From Neoechinorhynchus agilis (taxonomy: Eukaryota; Animalia; Acanthocephala): a stretch of DNA of 64,000 bases. The notes beneath the pieces were generated by a model. The model was not told the DNA's origin. It ran no database searches and was given only the letters and a program-made list of their open reading frames with translations. Location: NCBI GenBank assembly GCA_051530055.1, contig CM121342.1, positions 16,250,771 through 16,314,770 on the forward strand, read 5' to 3'. Each line of letters starts with the position of its first letter. Position 1 is the first letter of the stretch. The position numbers and the translations under genes were made by a program. This document shows positions 49,113 to 64,000 of this stretch, one piece after another.

Positions 49113-52100
49113 CAATAATCAAGGTAGTTGGTCTCAAAATGTAGCAACAAATAACTTAAGAACCATGATAACCATCGCAAATCCGAAAACAGATTTGGAA
49201 TAAGCGCGTTAAGATGTACTAAATAAGCTGATCCCGTACACCACAGCTGTAATATTCGCATCGGAAATCGCATTATCATATTTTGCCAATATTCACAAGA
49301 GCGAAAGATCACTAAATTTGCAAGACTCATTAAAATCAGATAACACCATTGAAATCAGCGAATTAGATATGCTCAAAATGTTTTTTCATTTCGTAACAAC
49401 TTTCGAGCACCACAGATTTAACTGAGGTGTCTTTTATGAACTTCAATCCTAAAACTAAGTGTCAAAATTTAACAAGCAACATCAAACCGTTATTGCAGGT
49501 GAATTCAGCGTCAAAAGTAGATCTAGAAAAGTAAATTTGATCTAAAATTGATTGATGTTTCAATATCAATAATCAAGGTAGTTGGTCTCAAAATGTAGCA
49601 ACAAATAACTGAAGAACATCGACAGCTATCGCAAATCCGAAAACAGATTTGGAATCAACGCGTTAAGATGTACTAAATAAGCTGATCCCGTACACCACAG
49701 CTGTAATATTCGCATCGGAAATCGCATTATCATATTTTGCTAATATTCACAAGAGCGAATTATCACTAAATTTGCAAGACTCATTTAAATCAGATAACAC
49801 CATTGAAATCAGCGAATTAGATATGCTCAAAATGTTTTTTCATTTCGTAACAACTTTCGAGCACCACAGATTTAACTGAGGTGTCATTTATGAACCTCAA
49901 TCCTAAAACTAAGTGTCAAAATTTAACAAGCAACATCAAACCGTTATTACAGGATAATTCAGCGTCAAAAGTAGATCTCGAAAAGTTAATTTGATCTAAA
50001 ATTGATTGATGTTTCAATATCAATAATCAAGGTAGTTGGTCTCAAAATGTAACAAAAAGTAACTTAAGAACCATGATAGCTATCGCAAATCCGAAAAAAG
50101 ATTTGGAATCAGCGCGCTAAGATGTACTAAATTAGCATATCCCGTACACTACAGCTGTAATATTCGCATCGGAAATCGCATTATCATATTTTACCAATAT
50201 TCACAAGAGAGAAAAATCACTAAATTTGCAAGACTCATTAAAATTAGATAACACCATTGAAATCAGCGCATTAGATATGCTCAAAATATTTTTGTATTTC
50301 GTAACAACTTTCGAGCACCACAGATTTAACTGAGGTGTCTTTTATCAACTTAAATCCTTAAACTAATTGTCAAATACTAACAAGAAACATCAAACCGTTT
50401 TTGCATATGAATTCAGCGTCAAAAGCAGATCTCGAAAAGTTAATTTGATCTAAAATTGATTGATGTTTCAATATCAATAATAAAGGTAGTTGGTCTCAAA
50501 ATGTAACAACAAATAACCCAAGAGCCATGATAGCTATCGGAAATGTGAAAAAAGATTTTGAATCAGCGCGCCAAGATGTACTAAATTAGCATATCCCGTA
50601 CACTACAGCTGTAATATTCGCATCGGAAATAGCATTATCATATTTTGCTAATATTCACAAGAGAGAAAAATCACTAAATTTGCAAGACTCATTAAAATCA
50701 GATAACACCATTGAAATCAGCGAATTAGATGTGCTCAAAATATTTTTGTATTTCGTTACAACCTTCGAGCACAACAGATTTAACTGAGGTGTTTTTTATC
50801 AACTTCCGTCCTTAAACTAAGTGTCAAATACTAACAAGAAACATCAAACCGTTTTTGCAGGTGAATTCAGCATCAAAAGTAGATCTCGAAAAGTTAATTT
50901 GATCTAAAATTGATTGATGTTTCAATATCAATAATCAAGGTAGTTGGTCTCAAAATGTAACAACAAATAACTCAAGAACCATGATAGCCATCGCAAATCT
51001 TAAGACAGATTTGGAATCAGCGCGTTAAGATGTACTAAATTAGCTGTTTCGATATACTATGGCTGAAATATTCGCATCGGAAATCGCATTATCATATTCT
51101 GCGAATATTCACAATAGTGACAGATCATTAAATTTGCCAGACTCATTAAAATAAGATAACACCATTGAAATTAGCGCATTGGATATGCTCAAAATGTTTT
51201 TTTATTTCGTAATAACTTTCGAGCACCACAGATTTAACTGAGGTGTCTTTAAAGAACTTCAATTCTAAAACTTATTGTCAAATTTTAACAAGCAACATAT
51301 AACTGTTATTGCAGGTGAATTCAGCGTCAAAAGTAGATCTAGAAAAGTTAATTTAATCTTAAATTGATTGATGTTTTAATATCAATATTCGAGGTAGTTG
51401 GTCTCAAAATATAACAACAAGTAACTCAAGAATCATGATAGCTATCGCAAATCCGAAAACAGATTTATAATAAGCGCGTTGAGATGTACTAAATTAGCTT
51501 ATTCCGTACACTACAGCTTTATTATTCGCATCGGAAATCACATTATCATATTTTGCCAATATTCACAAGAGTGAAAAATCAATAAATTTGCAAGACTCAT
51601 TAAAATAAGATAACACCATTGAAATCAGCGAATTAGATATGCTCAAATTGTTTTATTATTTCGTAACAACTTTCGAGCACAACAGATTTAACTGAGGTGT
51701 CTTTTATGAACATCAATCCTTAAACATAGTGTTTAAATTTTAAAAGCAACATCAAACTGTTACTGCAGGTGAATTCACCGTCAAAAGTATATCTAGAAAA
51801 GTTAATTTAATCTTAAATTGATTGAGGTTTTAATATCAATAATCAAGGTAGTTTGTCTCAAAATGTAACAACAAGTAACTCAAGAATCATGATAGCTATC
51901 GCAAATCCAAAAACAGATTTGGAATAAGCGCGTTAAGATGTACTAAATAAGCTTATCCCGTACACCACAGCTGTAATATTCGCATCGGAAATCGTATTAT
52001 CATATTTTGCCAATATTCACAAGAGTGAAAGATCCCTAAATTTGCAAGACTCATTAAAATAAGATAACACCACTGAAATTAGCGAATTATATATGCTCAA

Positions 52101-52388
52101 AATGTTTTTCATTTCGTAACAACTTTCGAGCACCACAGATTTAACTGAGGTGTCTTTTATGAACTTCAATCCTAAAACAAAGTGTCAAAATTTAACAAGC
52201 AACATCAAACCGTTATTGCAGGTGAATTCAGCGTCAACAGTGGATCTAGAAAATTTAATTTAATCTTAAATTGATTGATGTTTTAATGTATATAATCACG
52301 GTAGTTGGTCCCAAAATATAACAACAAATAACTCAAGAGCCATGATAGCTATCGCAAATCCGAAAACACATTTGGAATCAGCGCGTTA
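49113..52388. repeat. 454-bp satellite, diverged subfamily, about 7 copies
   Basis: The AATAATCAAGGTAG anchor recurs about every 454 bp; diagnostic AAGATGTACTAAAT and TTCGAGCACCACAG. Confidence 0.92.
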
Positions 52389-55300
52389 ACTTACGAGTAC
52401 CACAGATTTAATTCAGGTGTCTTTTATGAACTTCAATCCTTAAACAAAGTGAAGGAATTTTCAAAGCAACATCAAACAGTGATTGCAGGTTAATTAAGCG
52501 TCAAAAGTATATCTAGAAAAGTTAATTTTTTCTTAAATTTATTGAAGTTTTAAAATCAACAATCAAGGTAGTTTGTTTAAAAATTGAACAACGCAAAACT
52601 CACGAACCATTACAGCTAACGCAAATCTGGATACAGATTTGGAATCAGCGCGTTAAGATAGACCACTTTAACTGACTTTCTAAACTAATACCGCAATATC
52701 CGAAGCGGGAATCGTATTATCATGTTTGGTCAAAAGTCACAAGAGTCAAAGATCACTAAATTTGCAAGACTCATTAAAATTAGATAATACAATTGAAATC
52801 AGCGAATTAGATATGCTCAAAATGTTTTATCATTTCCTAACAACTTACGAGTACAACAGATTTAATTCAGGTGTCTTTTATGAACTTCAATCCTTAAACA
52901 AAGTGTACAAATTTTAAAAGCAACATCAAACAGTGATTGCAGGTTAATTAAGCGTCAAAAGTATATCTAGAAAAGTTAATTTTTTCTTAAATTTATTGAC
53001 GTTTTAATATCAATAATCAAGGTAGTTTGTCTAAAAATTGAACAACGCAAAACTCACGAACCGTTACAGCTAACGCAAATCTGGAGAAAGATTGGGAATC
53101 AGCGCGTTAAGATAGACCAGATTAACTAACTTTCTAACCTACAACCGCAATACTCGAAGCGGGAATCGTATTATCATATTTGGTCAAAAGTCACAAGAGT
53201 CAAAGATCACTAAATTTGCAAGATTCATTAAAATTAGATAACACAATTGAAATCAGCGAATTAGATATGCTCAAAATGTTTTATCATTTCCTAACAACTT
53301 ACGAGTACTACAGATTTAATTATGGTATCTTTTATGAACTTCAATACTTAAACAAAGTATACAAATTTAAAAAGCAACATCAAACAGTGATTGCAGGTGA
53401 ATTCAGCGTCAAAAGTATATCTAGAAAAGTTAATTTTATCTTAAATTTATTGAGGTTTTAATATCAATAATCAAGGTAGTTTCTCTCAAAATTGAACAAC
53501 GACTAACTAAAGAACCATTACAGCTAGCGAAAATCTGGATAAAGATTAGGAATCAGCGCGTTAAGATAGACCAGATTAACTGACTTTCTAAACTACAACC
53601 GCAATACTCGAAGCGGGAATCGCATTATCATATTTGGTCAAAAGTCACAAGAGTCAAAGATCACTAAATTTGCAAGATTCATTAAAATTAGATAACACAA
53701 TTGAAATCAGCGCATTAGATATGCTCAAAATGTTTTATCATTTCCTAACAACTTACGAGTACTACAGATTTAATTATGGTATCTTTTATGAACTTCAATC
53801 CTTAAACAAAGTGTACAAATTTAAAAAGCCACATCAAACAGTGATTGCAGGTTAATTAAGCGTCAAAGGTATATCTAGAAAAGTTAATTTTATCTTAAAT
53901 TTATTGACGTTTTAATATCAATAATCAAGGTAGTTTGTCTCAAAATTGAACAACGCATAACTCAAGAACCATTACAGCTAGCGAAAATCTAGATATAGAT
54001 TTTGAATCAGCGCGTTAAGATAGACCAGATTAACTGACTTTCTAAACTACAACCGCAATACTCGAAGCGGGAATCGTATTATCATATTTGGTCAAAAGTC
54101 ACAAGAGTCAAAGATCACTAAATTTGCAAGACTCATTAAAATTAGATAACACAATTGAAATCAGCGCATTAGATATGCTCAAAATGTTTTATCATTTCCT
54201 AACAACTTACGAGTACTACAGATTTAATTATGGTATCTTTTATGAACTTCAATCCTTAAACAAAGTGTACAAATTTAAAAAGCCACATCAAACAGTGATT
54301 GCAGGTTAATTAAGCGTCAAAGGTATATCTAGAAAAGTTAATTTTATCTTAAATTTATTGACGTTTTAATATCAATAATCAAGGTAGTTTGTCTCAAAAT
54401 TGAACAACGCATAACTCAAGAACCATTACAGCTAACGCAAATCTGGATACAGATTTGGAATCAGCGCGTTAAGATAGACCAGATTAACTGACTTTCTAAA
54501 CTACAACTGCAATATTCGAAGCGGGAATCGCATTATCATATTTGGTCAAAAGTCACAAGAGTCAAAGATCACTAAATTTGCAAGATTCATTAAAATTAGA
54601 TAACACAATTGAAATCAGCGCATTAGATATGCTCAAAATGTTTTATCATTTCCTAACAACTTACGAGTACTACAGATTTAATTATGGTATCTTTTATGAA
54701 CTTCAATCCTTAAACAAAGTGTACAAATTTAAAAGCCACATCAAACAGTGATTGCAGGTGAATTCAGCGTCAAAAGTATATCTAGAAAAGTTAATTTTAT
54801 CTTAAATTTATTGACGTTTTAATATCAATAATCAAGGTAGTTTGTCTCAAAATTGAACAACGCATAACTCAAGAACCATTACAGCTAACGCAAATCTGGA
54901 TACAGATTTGGAATCAGCGCGTTAAGATAGACCAGATTAACTGACTTTCTAAACTACAACTGCAATATTCGAAGCGGGAATCGCATTATCATATTTGGTC
55001 AAAAGTCACAAGAGTCAAAGATCACTAAATTTGCAAGATTCATTAAAATTAGATAACACAATTGAAATCAGCGCATTAGATATGCTCAAAATGTTTTATC
55101 ATTTACTAACAACTTACGAGTACTGCAGATTTAATTATGGTATCTTTTATGAACTTCAATCCTTAAACAAAGTGTACAAATTTAAAAAGCCACATCAAAC
55201 AGTGATTGCAGGTTAATTCAGCGTCAAAAGTATATCTAGAAAAGTTAATTTTATCTTAAATTTATTGACGTTTTAATATCAATAATAAAGGTAGTTTGTC

Positions 55301-58300
55301 TCAAAATTGAACAACGCATAACTCAAGAACCATTACAGCTAACGCAAATCTGGATAAAGATTTGGAATCAGCGCCTTAAGATAGACCAGATTAACTGACT
55401 TTCTAAACTACAACTGCAATATTTGAAGCGGGAATCGCATTATCATATTTGGTCAAAAGTCACAAGAGTCAAAGATCACTAAATTTGCAAGATTCATTAA
55501 AATTAGATAACACAATTGAAATCAGCGCATTAGATATGCTCAAAATGTTTTATCATTTCCTAACAACTTACGAGTACTACAGATTTAATTATGGTATCTT
55601 TTATGAACTCAAATCCTTAAACAAAGTGTACAAATTTAAAAAGCAACATCAAACAGTGATTGCAGGTGAATTCAGCGTCAAAAGTATATCTAGAAAAGTT
55701 AATTTTATCTTAAATTTATTGACGTTTTAATATCAATAATCAAGGTAGTTTGTCTCAAAATTGAACAACGCATAACTCAAGAACCATTACAGCTAGCGCA
55801 AATCTGGATAAAGATTTGGAATCAGCGCGTTAAGATAGACCAGATTAACTGACTTTCTAAACTACAACCGCAATACTCGAAGCGGGAATCGCATTATCAT
55901 AGTCAAAAGTCACAAGAGTCAAAGATCACTAAATTTGCAAGATTCATTAAACTTAGATAACACAATTGAAATCAGCGCATTAGATATGCTCAAAATGTTT
56001 TATCATTTCCTAACAACTTACGAGTACTACAGATTTAATTATGGTATCTTTTATGAACTTCAATCCTTAAACAAAGTGTACAAATTTAAAAAGCCACATC
56101 AAACAGTGATTGCAGGTGAATTAAGCGTCAAAAGTATATCTAGAAAAGTTAATTTTATCTTAAATTTATTGACGTTTTAATATCAATAATCAAGGTAGTT
56201 TGTCTCAAAATTGAACAACGCATAACTCAAGGACCATTACAGCTAGCGCAAATCTGGATACAGATTTGGAATCAGCGCGTTAAGATAGACCAGATTAACT
56301 GACTTTCTAAACTACAACAGCAATACTCGAAGCGGGAATCGTATTATCATATTTGGTCAAAAGTCACAAGAGTCAAAGATCACTAAATTTGCAAGATTCA
56401 TTAAACTTAGATAACACAATTGAAATCAGCGCATTAGATATGCTCAAAATGTTTTATCATTTGCTAACAACTTACGAGTACTACAGATTTAATTATGGTA
56501 TCTTTTATGAACTTCAATCCTTAAACAAAGTGTACAAATTTAAAAAGCCACATCAAACAGTGATTGCAGGTTAATTCAGCGTCAAAAGTATATCTAGAAA
56601 AGTTAATTTTATCTTAAATTTATTGACGTTTTAATATCAATAATCAAGGTAGTTTGTCTCAAAATTGAACAACGCATAACTCAAGAACCATTACAGCTAG
56701 CGCAAATCTGGATAAAGATTTGGAATCAGCGCGTTAAGATAGACCAGATTAACTGACTTTCTAAACTACAACTGCAATATTTGAAGCGGGAATCGCATTA
56801 TCATATTTGGTCAAAAGTCACAAGAGTCAAAGATCATAAATTTGCAAGATTCATTAAAATTAGATAACACAATTGAAATCAGCGCATTAGATATGCTCAA
56901 AATGTTTTATCATTTACTAACAACTTACGAGTACTGCAGATTTAATTATGGTATCTTTTATGAACTTCAATCCTTAAACAAAGTGTACAAATTTAAAAAG
57001 CCACATCAAACAGTGATTGCAGGTGAATTAAGCGTCAAAAGTATATCTAGAAAAGTTAATTTTATCTTAAATTTATTGACGTTTTAATATCAATAATCAA
57101 GGTAGTTTGTCTCAAAATTGACAACGCATAACTCAAGAACCATTACAGCTAGCGCAAATCTGGATACAGATTTGGAATCAGCGCGTTAAGATAGACCAGA
57201 TTAACTGACTTTCTAAACTACAACCGCAATACTCGAAGCGGGAATCGCATTATCATATTTGGTCAAAAGTCACAAGAGTCAAAGATCACTAAATTTGCAA
57301 GATTCATTAAAATTAGATAACACAATTGAAATCAGCGCATTAGATATGCTCAAAATGTTTTATCATTTCCTAACAACTTACGAGTACTACAGATTTAATT
57401 ATGGTATCTTTTATGAACTTCAATCCTTAAACAAAGTGTACAAATTTAAAAAGCCACATCAAACAGTGATTGCAGGTGAATTCAGCGTCAAAAGTATATC
57501 TAGAAAAGTTAATTTTATCTTAAATTTATTGACGTTTTAATATCAATAATCAAGGTAGTTTGTCTCAAAATTGAACAACGCATAACTCAAGAACCATTAC
57601 AGCTAGCGCAAATCTGGATAAAGATTTGGAATCAGCGCGTTAAGATAGACCAGATTAACTGACTTTCTAAACTACAACTGCAATATTCGAAGCGGGAATC
57701 GCATTATCATATTTGGTCAAAAGTCACAAGAGTCAAAGATCACTAAATTTGCAAGATTCATTAAAATTAGATAACACAATTGAAATCAGCGCATTAGATA
57801 TGCTCAAAATGTTTTATCATTTCCTAACAACTTACGAGTACTACAGATTTAATTATGGTATCTTTTATGAACTTAAATCCTTAAACAAAGTGTACAAATT
57901 TAAAAAGCCACATCAAACAGTGATTGCAGGTTAATTCAGCGTCAAAAGTATATCTAGAAAAGTTAATTTTATCTTAAATTTATTGACGTTTTAATATCAA
58001 TAATCAAGGTAGTTTGTCTCAAAATTGAACAACGCATAACTCAAGAACAATTACAGCTAGCGCAAATCTGGATAAAGATTTGGAATCAGCGCGTTAAGAT
58101 AGACCAGATTAACTGACTTTCTAAACTACAACTGCAATATTCGAAGCGGGAATCGCATTATCATATTTGGTCAAAAGTCACAAGAGTCAAAGATCACTAA
58201 ATTTGCAAGATTCATTAAAATTAGATAACACAATTGAAATCAGCGCATTAGATATGCTCAAAATGTTTTATCATTTACTAACAACTTACGAGTACTGCAG

Positions 58301-61300
58301 ATTTAATTATGGTATCTTTTATGAACTTCAATCCTTAAACAAAGTGTACAAATTTAAAAAGCAACATCAAACAGTGATTGCAGGTGAATTCAGCGTCAAA
58401 AGTATATCTAGAAAATTAATTTTATCTTAAATTTATTGACGTTTTAATATCAATAATCAAGGTAGTTTGTCTCAAAATTGAACAACGCATAACTCAAGAA
58501 CCATTACAGCTAACGCAAATCTGGATAAAGATTTGGAATCAGCGCGTTAAGATAGACCAGATTAACTGACTTTCTAAACTACAACTGCAATATATGAAGC
58601 GGGAATCGCATTATCATATTTGGTCAAAAGTCACAAGAGTCAAAGATCACTAAATTTGCAAGATTCATTAAAATTAGATAACACAATTGAAATCAGCGCA
58701 TTAGATATGCTCAAAATGTTTTATCATTTACTAACAACTTACGAGTACTGCAGATTTAATTATGGTATCTTTTATGAACTTCAATCCTTAAACAAAGTGT
58801 ACAAATTTAAAAAGCAACATCAAACAGTGATTGCAGGTGAATTCAGCGTCAAAAGTATATCTAGAAAAGTTAATTTTATCTTAAATTTATTGACGTTTTA
58901 ATATCAATAATCAAGGTAGTTTGTCTCAAAATTGAACAACGCATAACTCAAGAACAATTACGCTAGCGCAAATCTGGATACAGATTTGGAATCAGCGCGT
59001 TAAGATAGACCAGATTAACTGACTTTCTAAACTACAACCGCAATACTCTAAGCGGGAATCGCATTATCATATTTGGTCAAAAGTCACAAGAGTCAAAGAT
59101 CACTAAATTTGCAAGATTCATTAAACTTAGATAACACAATTGAAATCAGCGCATTAGATATGCTCAAAATGTTTTATCATTTACTAACAACTTACGAGTA
59201 CTGCAGATTTAATTATGGTATATTTTATGAACTTCAATCCTTAAACAAAGTGTACAAATTTGAAAAGCCACATCAAACAGTGATTGCAGGTGAATTCAGC
59301 GTCAAAAGTATATCTAGAAAAGTTAATTTTATCTTAAATTTATTGACGTTTTAATATCAATAATCAAGGTAGTTTGTCTCAAAATTGAACAACGCATAAC
59401 TCAAGAACCATTAAAGCTAACGCAAATCTGGATAAAGATTTGGAATCAGCGCGTTAAGATAGACCAGATTAACTGACTTTCTAAACTACAACTGCAATAT
59501 TTGAAGCGGGAATCGCATTATCATATTTGGTCAAAAGTCACAAGAGTCAAAGATCACTAAATTTGCAAGATTCATTAAAATTAGATAACACAATTGAAAT
59601 CAGCGCATTAGATATGCTCAAAATGTTTTATCATTTACTAACAACTTACGAGTACTGCAGATTTAATTATGGTATCTTTTATGAACTTCAATCCTTAAAC
59701 AAAGTGTACAAATTTAAAAAGCAACATCAAACAGTGATTGCAGGTGAATTCAGCGTCAAAAGTATATCTAGAAAAGTTAATTTTATCTTAAATTTATTGA
59801 CGTTTTAATATCAATAATCAAGGTAGTTTGTCTCAAAATTGAACAACGCATAACTCAAGAACCATTACAGCTAACGCAAATCTGGATAAAGATTTGGAAT
59901 CAGCGCGTTAAGATAGACCAGATTAACTGACTTTCTAAACTACAACTGCAATATTCGAAGCGGGAATCGCATTATCATATTTGGTCAAAAGTCACAAGAG
60001 TCAAAGATCACTAAATTTGCAAGATTCATTAAAATTAGATAACACAATTGAAATCAGCGCATTAGATATGCTCAAAATGTTTTATCATTTACTAACAACT
60101 TACGAGTACTGCAGATTTAATTATGGTATCTTTTATGAACTTCAATCCTTAAACAAAGTGTACAAATTTAAAAAGCCACATCAAACAGTGATTGCAGGTG
60201 AATTCAGCGTCAAAAGTATATCTAGAAAAGTTAATTTTATCTTAAATTTATTGACGTTTTAATATCAATAATCAAGGTAGTTTGTCTCAAAATTGAACAA
60301 CGCATAACTCAAGAACCATTACAGCTAGCGCAAATCTGGATAAAGATTTGGAATCAGCGCGTTAAGATAGACCAGATTAACTGACTTTCTAAACTACAAC
60401 TGCAATATTTGAAGCGGGAATCGTATTATCATATTTGGTCAAAAGTCACAAGAGTCAAAGATCACTAAATTTGCAAGATTCATTAAAATTAGATAACACA
60501 ATTGAAATCAGCGCATTAGATATGCTCAAAATGTTTTATCATTTACTAACAACTTACGAGTACTGCAGATTTAATTATGGTTACTTTTATGAACTTCAAT
60601 CCTTAAACAAAGTGTACAAATTTAAAAAGCCACATCAAACAGTGATTGCAGGTGAATTCAGCGTCAAAAGTATATCAGAAAAGTTAATTTTATCTTAAAT
60701 TTATTGACGTTTTAATATCAATAATCAAGGTAGTTTGTCTCAAAATTGAACAACGCATAACTCAAGAACCATTACAGCTAGCGCAAATCTGGATACAGAT
60801 TTGGAATCAGCGCGTTAAGATAGACCAGATTAACTGACTTTCTAAACTACAACTGCAATATTCGAAGCGGGAATCGCATTATCATATTTGGTAAAAAGTC
60901 ACAAGAGTCAAAGATCACTAAATTTGCAAGATTCATTAAAATTAGATAACACAATTGAAATCAGCGCATTAGATATGCTCAAAATGTTTTATCATTTACT
61001 AACAACTTACGAGTACTGCAGATTTAATTATGGTATCTTTTATGAACTTCAATCCTTAAACAAAGTGTACAAATTTAAAAAGCCACATCAAACAGTGATT
61101 GCAGGTTAATTAAGCGTCAAAAGTATATCTAGAAAAGTTAATTTTTTCTTAAATTTATTGACGTTTTAATATCAATAATCAAGGTAGTTTGTCTCAAAAT
61201 TGAACAACGCATAACTCAAGAACCATTACAGCTAACGCAAATCTGGATAAAGATTTGGAATCAGCGCGTTAAGATAGACCAGATTAACTGACTTTCTAAA

Positions 61301-63970
61301 CTACAACTGCAATATTTGAAGCGGGAATCGCATTATCATATTTGGTCAAAAGTCACAAGAGTCAAAGATCACTAAATTTGCAAGATTCATTAAAATTAGA
61401 TAACACAATTGAAATCAGCGCATTAGATATGCTCAAAATGTTTTATCATTTACTAACAACTTACGAGTACTGCAGATTTAATTATGGTATCTATTATGAA
61501 CTTCAATCCTTAAACAAAGTGTACAAATTTAAAAAGCAACATCAAACAGTGATTGCAGGTGAATTCAGCGTCAAAAGTATATCTAGAAAAGTTAATTTTA
61601 TCTTAAATTTATTGACGTTTTAATATAAATAATCAAGGTAGTTTGTCTAAAAATTGAACAACGCATAACTCAAGAACCATTACAGCTAGCGCAAATCTTG
61701 ATACAGATTTCAAATCAGCGCCTTAAGATAGACAAGATTAACTGACTTTCTAAACTACAACTGCAATATTTGAAGCGGGAATCGCATTATCACATTTGGT
61801 CAAAAGTCACAAGAGTCAAAGATCACTAAATTTGCAAGATTCATTAAACTTAGATAACACAATTGAAATCAGCGCATTAGATATGCTCAAAATGTTTTAT
61901 CATTTCCTAACAACTTACGAGTACTACAGATTTAATTATGGTATCTTTTATGAACTTCAATCCTTAAACAAAGTGTACAAATTTAAAAAGCCACATAGAA
62001 CAGTGATTGCAGGTGAATTCAGCGTCAAAAGTATATGTAGAAAAGTTAATTTTTTCTTAAATTTATTTACGTTTTAATATCAATAATTAAGGTAGTTTGT
62101 CTCAAAATTGAACAACGCATTACTCACGAACAGTTACAGCTAGCGCAAATCTGGATACAGATTTGGAATCAGCGCGTTAAGATAGACCAGATTAACTGAC
62201 TTTCTAAACTACAACCGCAATACTCGAAGCGGGAATCGTATTATCATATTTGGTCAAAAGTCACAAGAGTCAAAGATCACTAAATTTGCAAGACTCATTA
62301 AAATTAGATAACACAATTGAAATCAGCGCATTAGATATGCTCAAAATGTTTTATCATTTCCTAACAACTTACGAGTACTACAGATTTAATTATGGTATCT
62401 TTTATGAACATCAATCCTCAAACAAAGTGTACAAATTTAAAAAGCCACATCAAAGTGATTGCAGGTGAATTCAGCGTCAAAAGTATATCTAGAAAAGTTA
62501 ATTTTTTCTTAAATTTATTTACGTTTTATATCAATAATCAAGGTAGTTTGTCTCAAAATTGAACAACGCATAACTCAAGAACCGTTACAGCTAACGCAAA
62601 TCTGGATACAGATTTGGAATCAGCGCGTTAAGATAGACCAGATTAACTGACTTTCTAAACTACAACTGCAATATTTGAAGCGGGAATCGCATTATCATAT
62701 TTGGTCAAAAGTCACAAGAGTCAAAGATCACTAAATTTGCAAGATTTATTAAAATTAGATAACACAATTGAAATCAGCGCATTAGATATGCTCAAAATGT
62801 TTTATCATTTACTAACAACTTACGAGTACTGCAGATTTAATTATGGTATCTTTTATGAACTTCAATCCTTAAACAAAGTGTACAAATTTAAAAAGCCACA
62901 TCAAACAGTGATTGCAGGTTAATTAAGCGTCAAAGGTATATCTAGAAAAGTTAATTTTATCTTAAATTTATTGACGTTTTAATATCAATAATCAAGGTAG
63001 TTTGTCTCAAAATTGAACAACGCATAACTCAAGAACCATTACAGCTAGCGCAAATCTGGATAAAGATTTGGAATCAGCGCGTTAAGATAGACCAGATTAA
63101 CTGACTTTCTAAACTACAACTGCAATATTTGAAGCATGAATCGCATTATCATATTTGTTCAAAAGTCACAAGAGTCAAAGATCACTAAATTTGCAAGATT
63201 CATTAAAATTAAATAACACAATTGAAATCAGCGCATTAGATATGCTCAAAATGTTTTATCATTTACTAACAACTTACGAGTACTGCAGATTTAATTATGG
63301 TATCTTTTATGAACTTCAATCCTTAAAAAAAGTGTACAAATTTAAAAAGCCACATCAAACAGTGATTGCAGGCTAATTAAGCGTCAAAGGTATATCTAGA
63401 AAAGTTAATTTTATCTTAAATTTATTGACGTTTTAATATCAATAATCAAGGTAGTTTGTCTAAAAATTGAACAACGCATAAATCAACAACACTTACAGCT
63501 AGCGCGAATCTGGATACAGATTTTAAATCAGCGCCTTAAGATTGACCAGATTAACTGACTTTCTAAACTACAACTGATATATTTGAAGCGGGAATCGCAT
63601 TAACATATTTGGTCAAAAGTCACAAGAGTCAAAGATCACTAAATTTGCAAGATTCATTAAAATTAGATAACACAATTGAAATCAGACATTAGATATGCTT
63701 AAAACGTTTTATCATTTACTAACAACTTAGGAGTACTGCAGATTTAATTATGGTATCTTTTATGAACTTCAATCCTTAAACAAAGTGTACAAATTGAAAA
63801 AGCCACATCAAACAGTTATTGCCGGCCAATTAAGCGCCAAAGGTATATCTATAAAAGTTAATTTTATCTTAAATTTATTGACGTTTTAATATCAATAATC
63901 AAGGTAGTTTGTCTCAAAATTGAACAACGCATAACTCAAGAACCATTACAGCTAGCGCAAATCTGGATAC
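52389..63970. repeat. 454-bp satellite, homogeneous subfamily, about 25 copies
   Basis: ORF-track hits recur every 453-454 bp; diagnostic AAGATAGACCAGATTAACTG and TTACGAGTACT. Confidence 0.95.
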
Positions 63971-64000
63971 ACGAATGCGTTTTCAAATCACTTGTGTTGA

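Noticed and set aside
52726-63376. Repeated 63-93-aa ORFs (MVKSHKSQ...)
   Set aside because: They start at TTG, stops vary between copies, and they are by-products of the 454-bp satellite.
1-64000. CRISPR array, rRNA, tRNA or telomeric repeats
   Set aside because: The tandem arrays have no unique spacers, and no such RNA genes or short telomeric units were recognised.

Overview
Eukaryotic window, most likely from a compact-genome invertebrate animal (inferred from a Ly6/three-finger gene, LRRC47 and short 30-60 nt GT-AG introns). Layout: a 233-bp satellite (1-5111) running into a Ty3/Gypsy integrase/LTR remnant; a gene island (about 5.8-31.2 kb) with MRPL23, an OGDH-like gene, IMMT/MIC60, a Ly6 gene, LRRC47, SNW1 and several hypothetical ORFs; a retroelement pile-up (31.7-47.9 kb) with Gypsy, CRE-like, RTE/L2-like, RLE-type and Penelope-like pieces plus a probable picorna-like endogenous viral fragment; a second short 233-bp array; and a 454-bp satellite (49.1-64 kb) that is a diverged trimer of about 151 bp. 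Main result: five genes (OGDH x2, MIC60 x2, Ly6, LRRC47, SNW1) are interrupted by seven mutually dissimilar 45-414 nt segments. Their two ends base-pair with each other in register with the boundaries. Six are flanked by TA on both sides and the seventh by degenerate TC/CA. Removing the segment plus one TA restores the expected protein in each case. Nearby GT-AG alternatives are absent or damage conserved residues in most cases, while ordinary GT-AG introns coexist in OGDH. This suggests a second, structure-defined class of intervening sequence: non-canonical hairpin introns or DNA-level IES-like elements. All analyses were done by eye; RNA-level versus DNA-level removal cannot be decided from this sequence.
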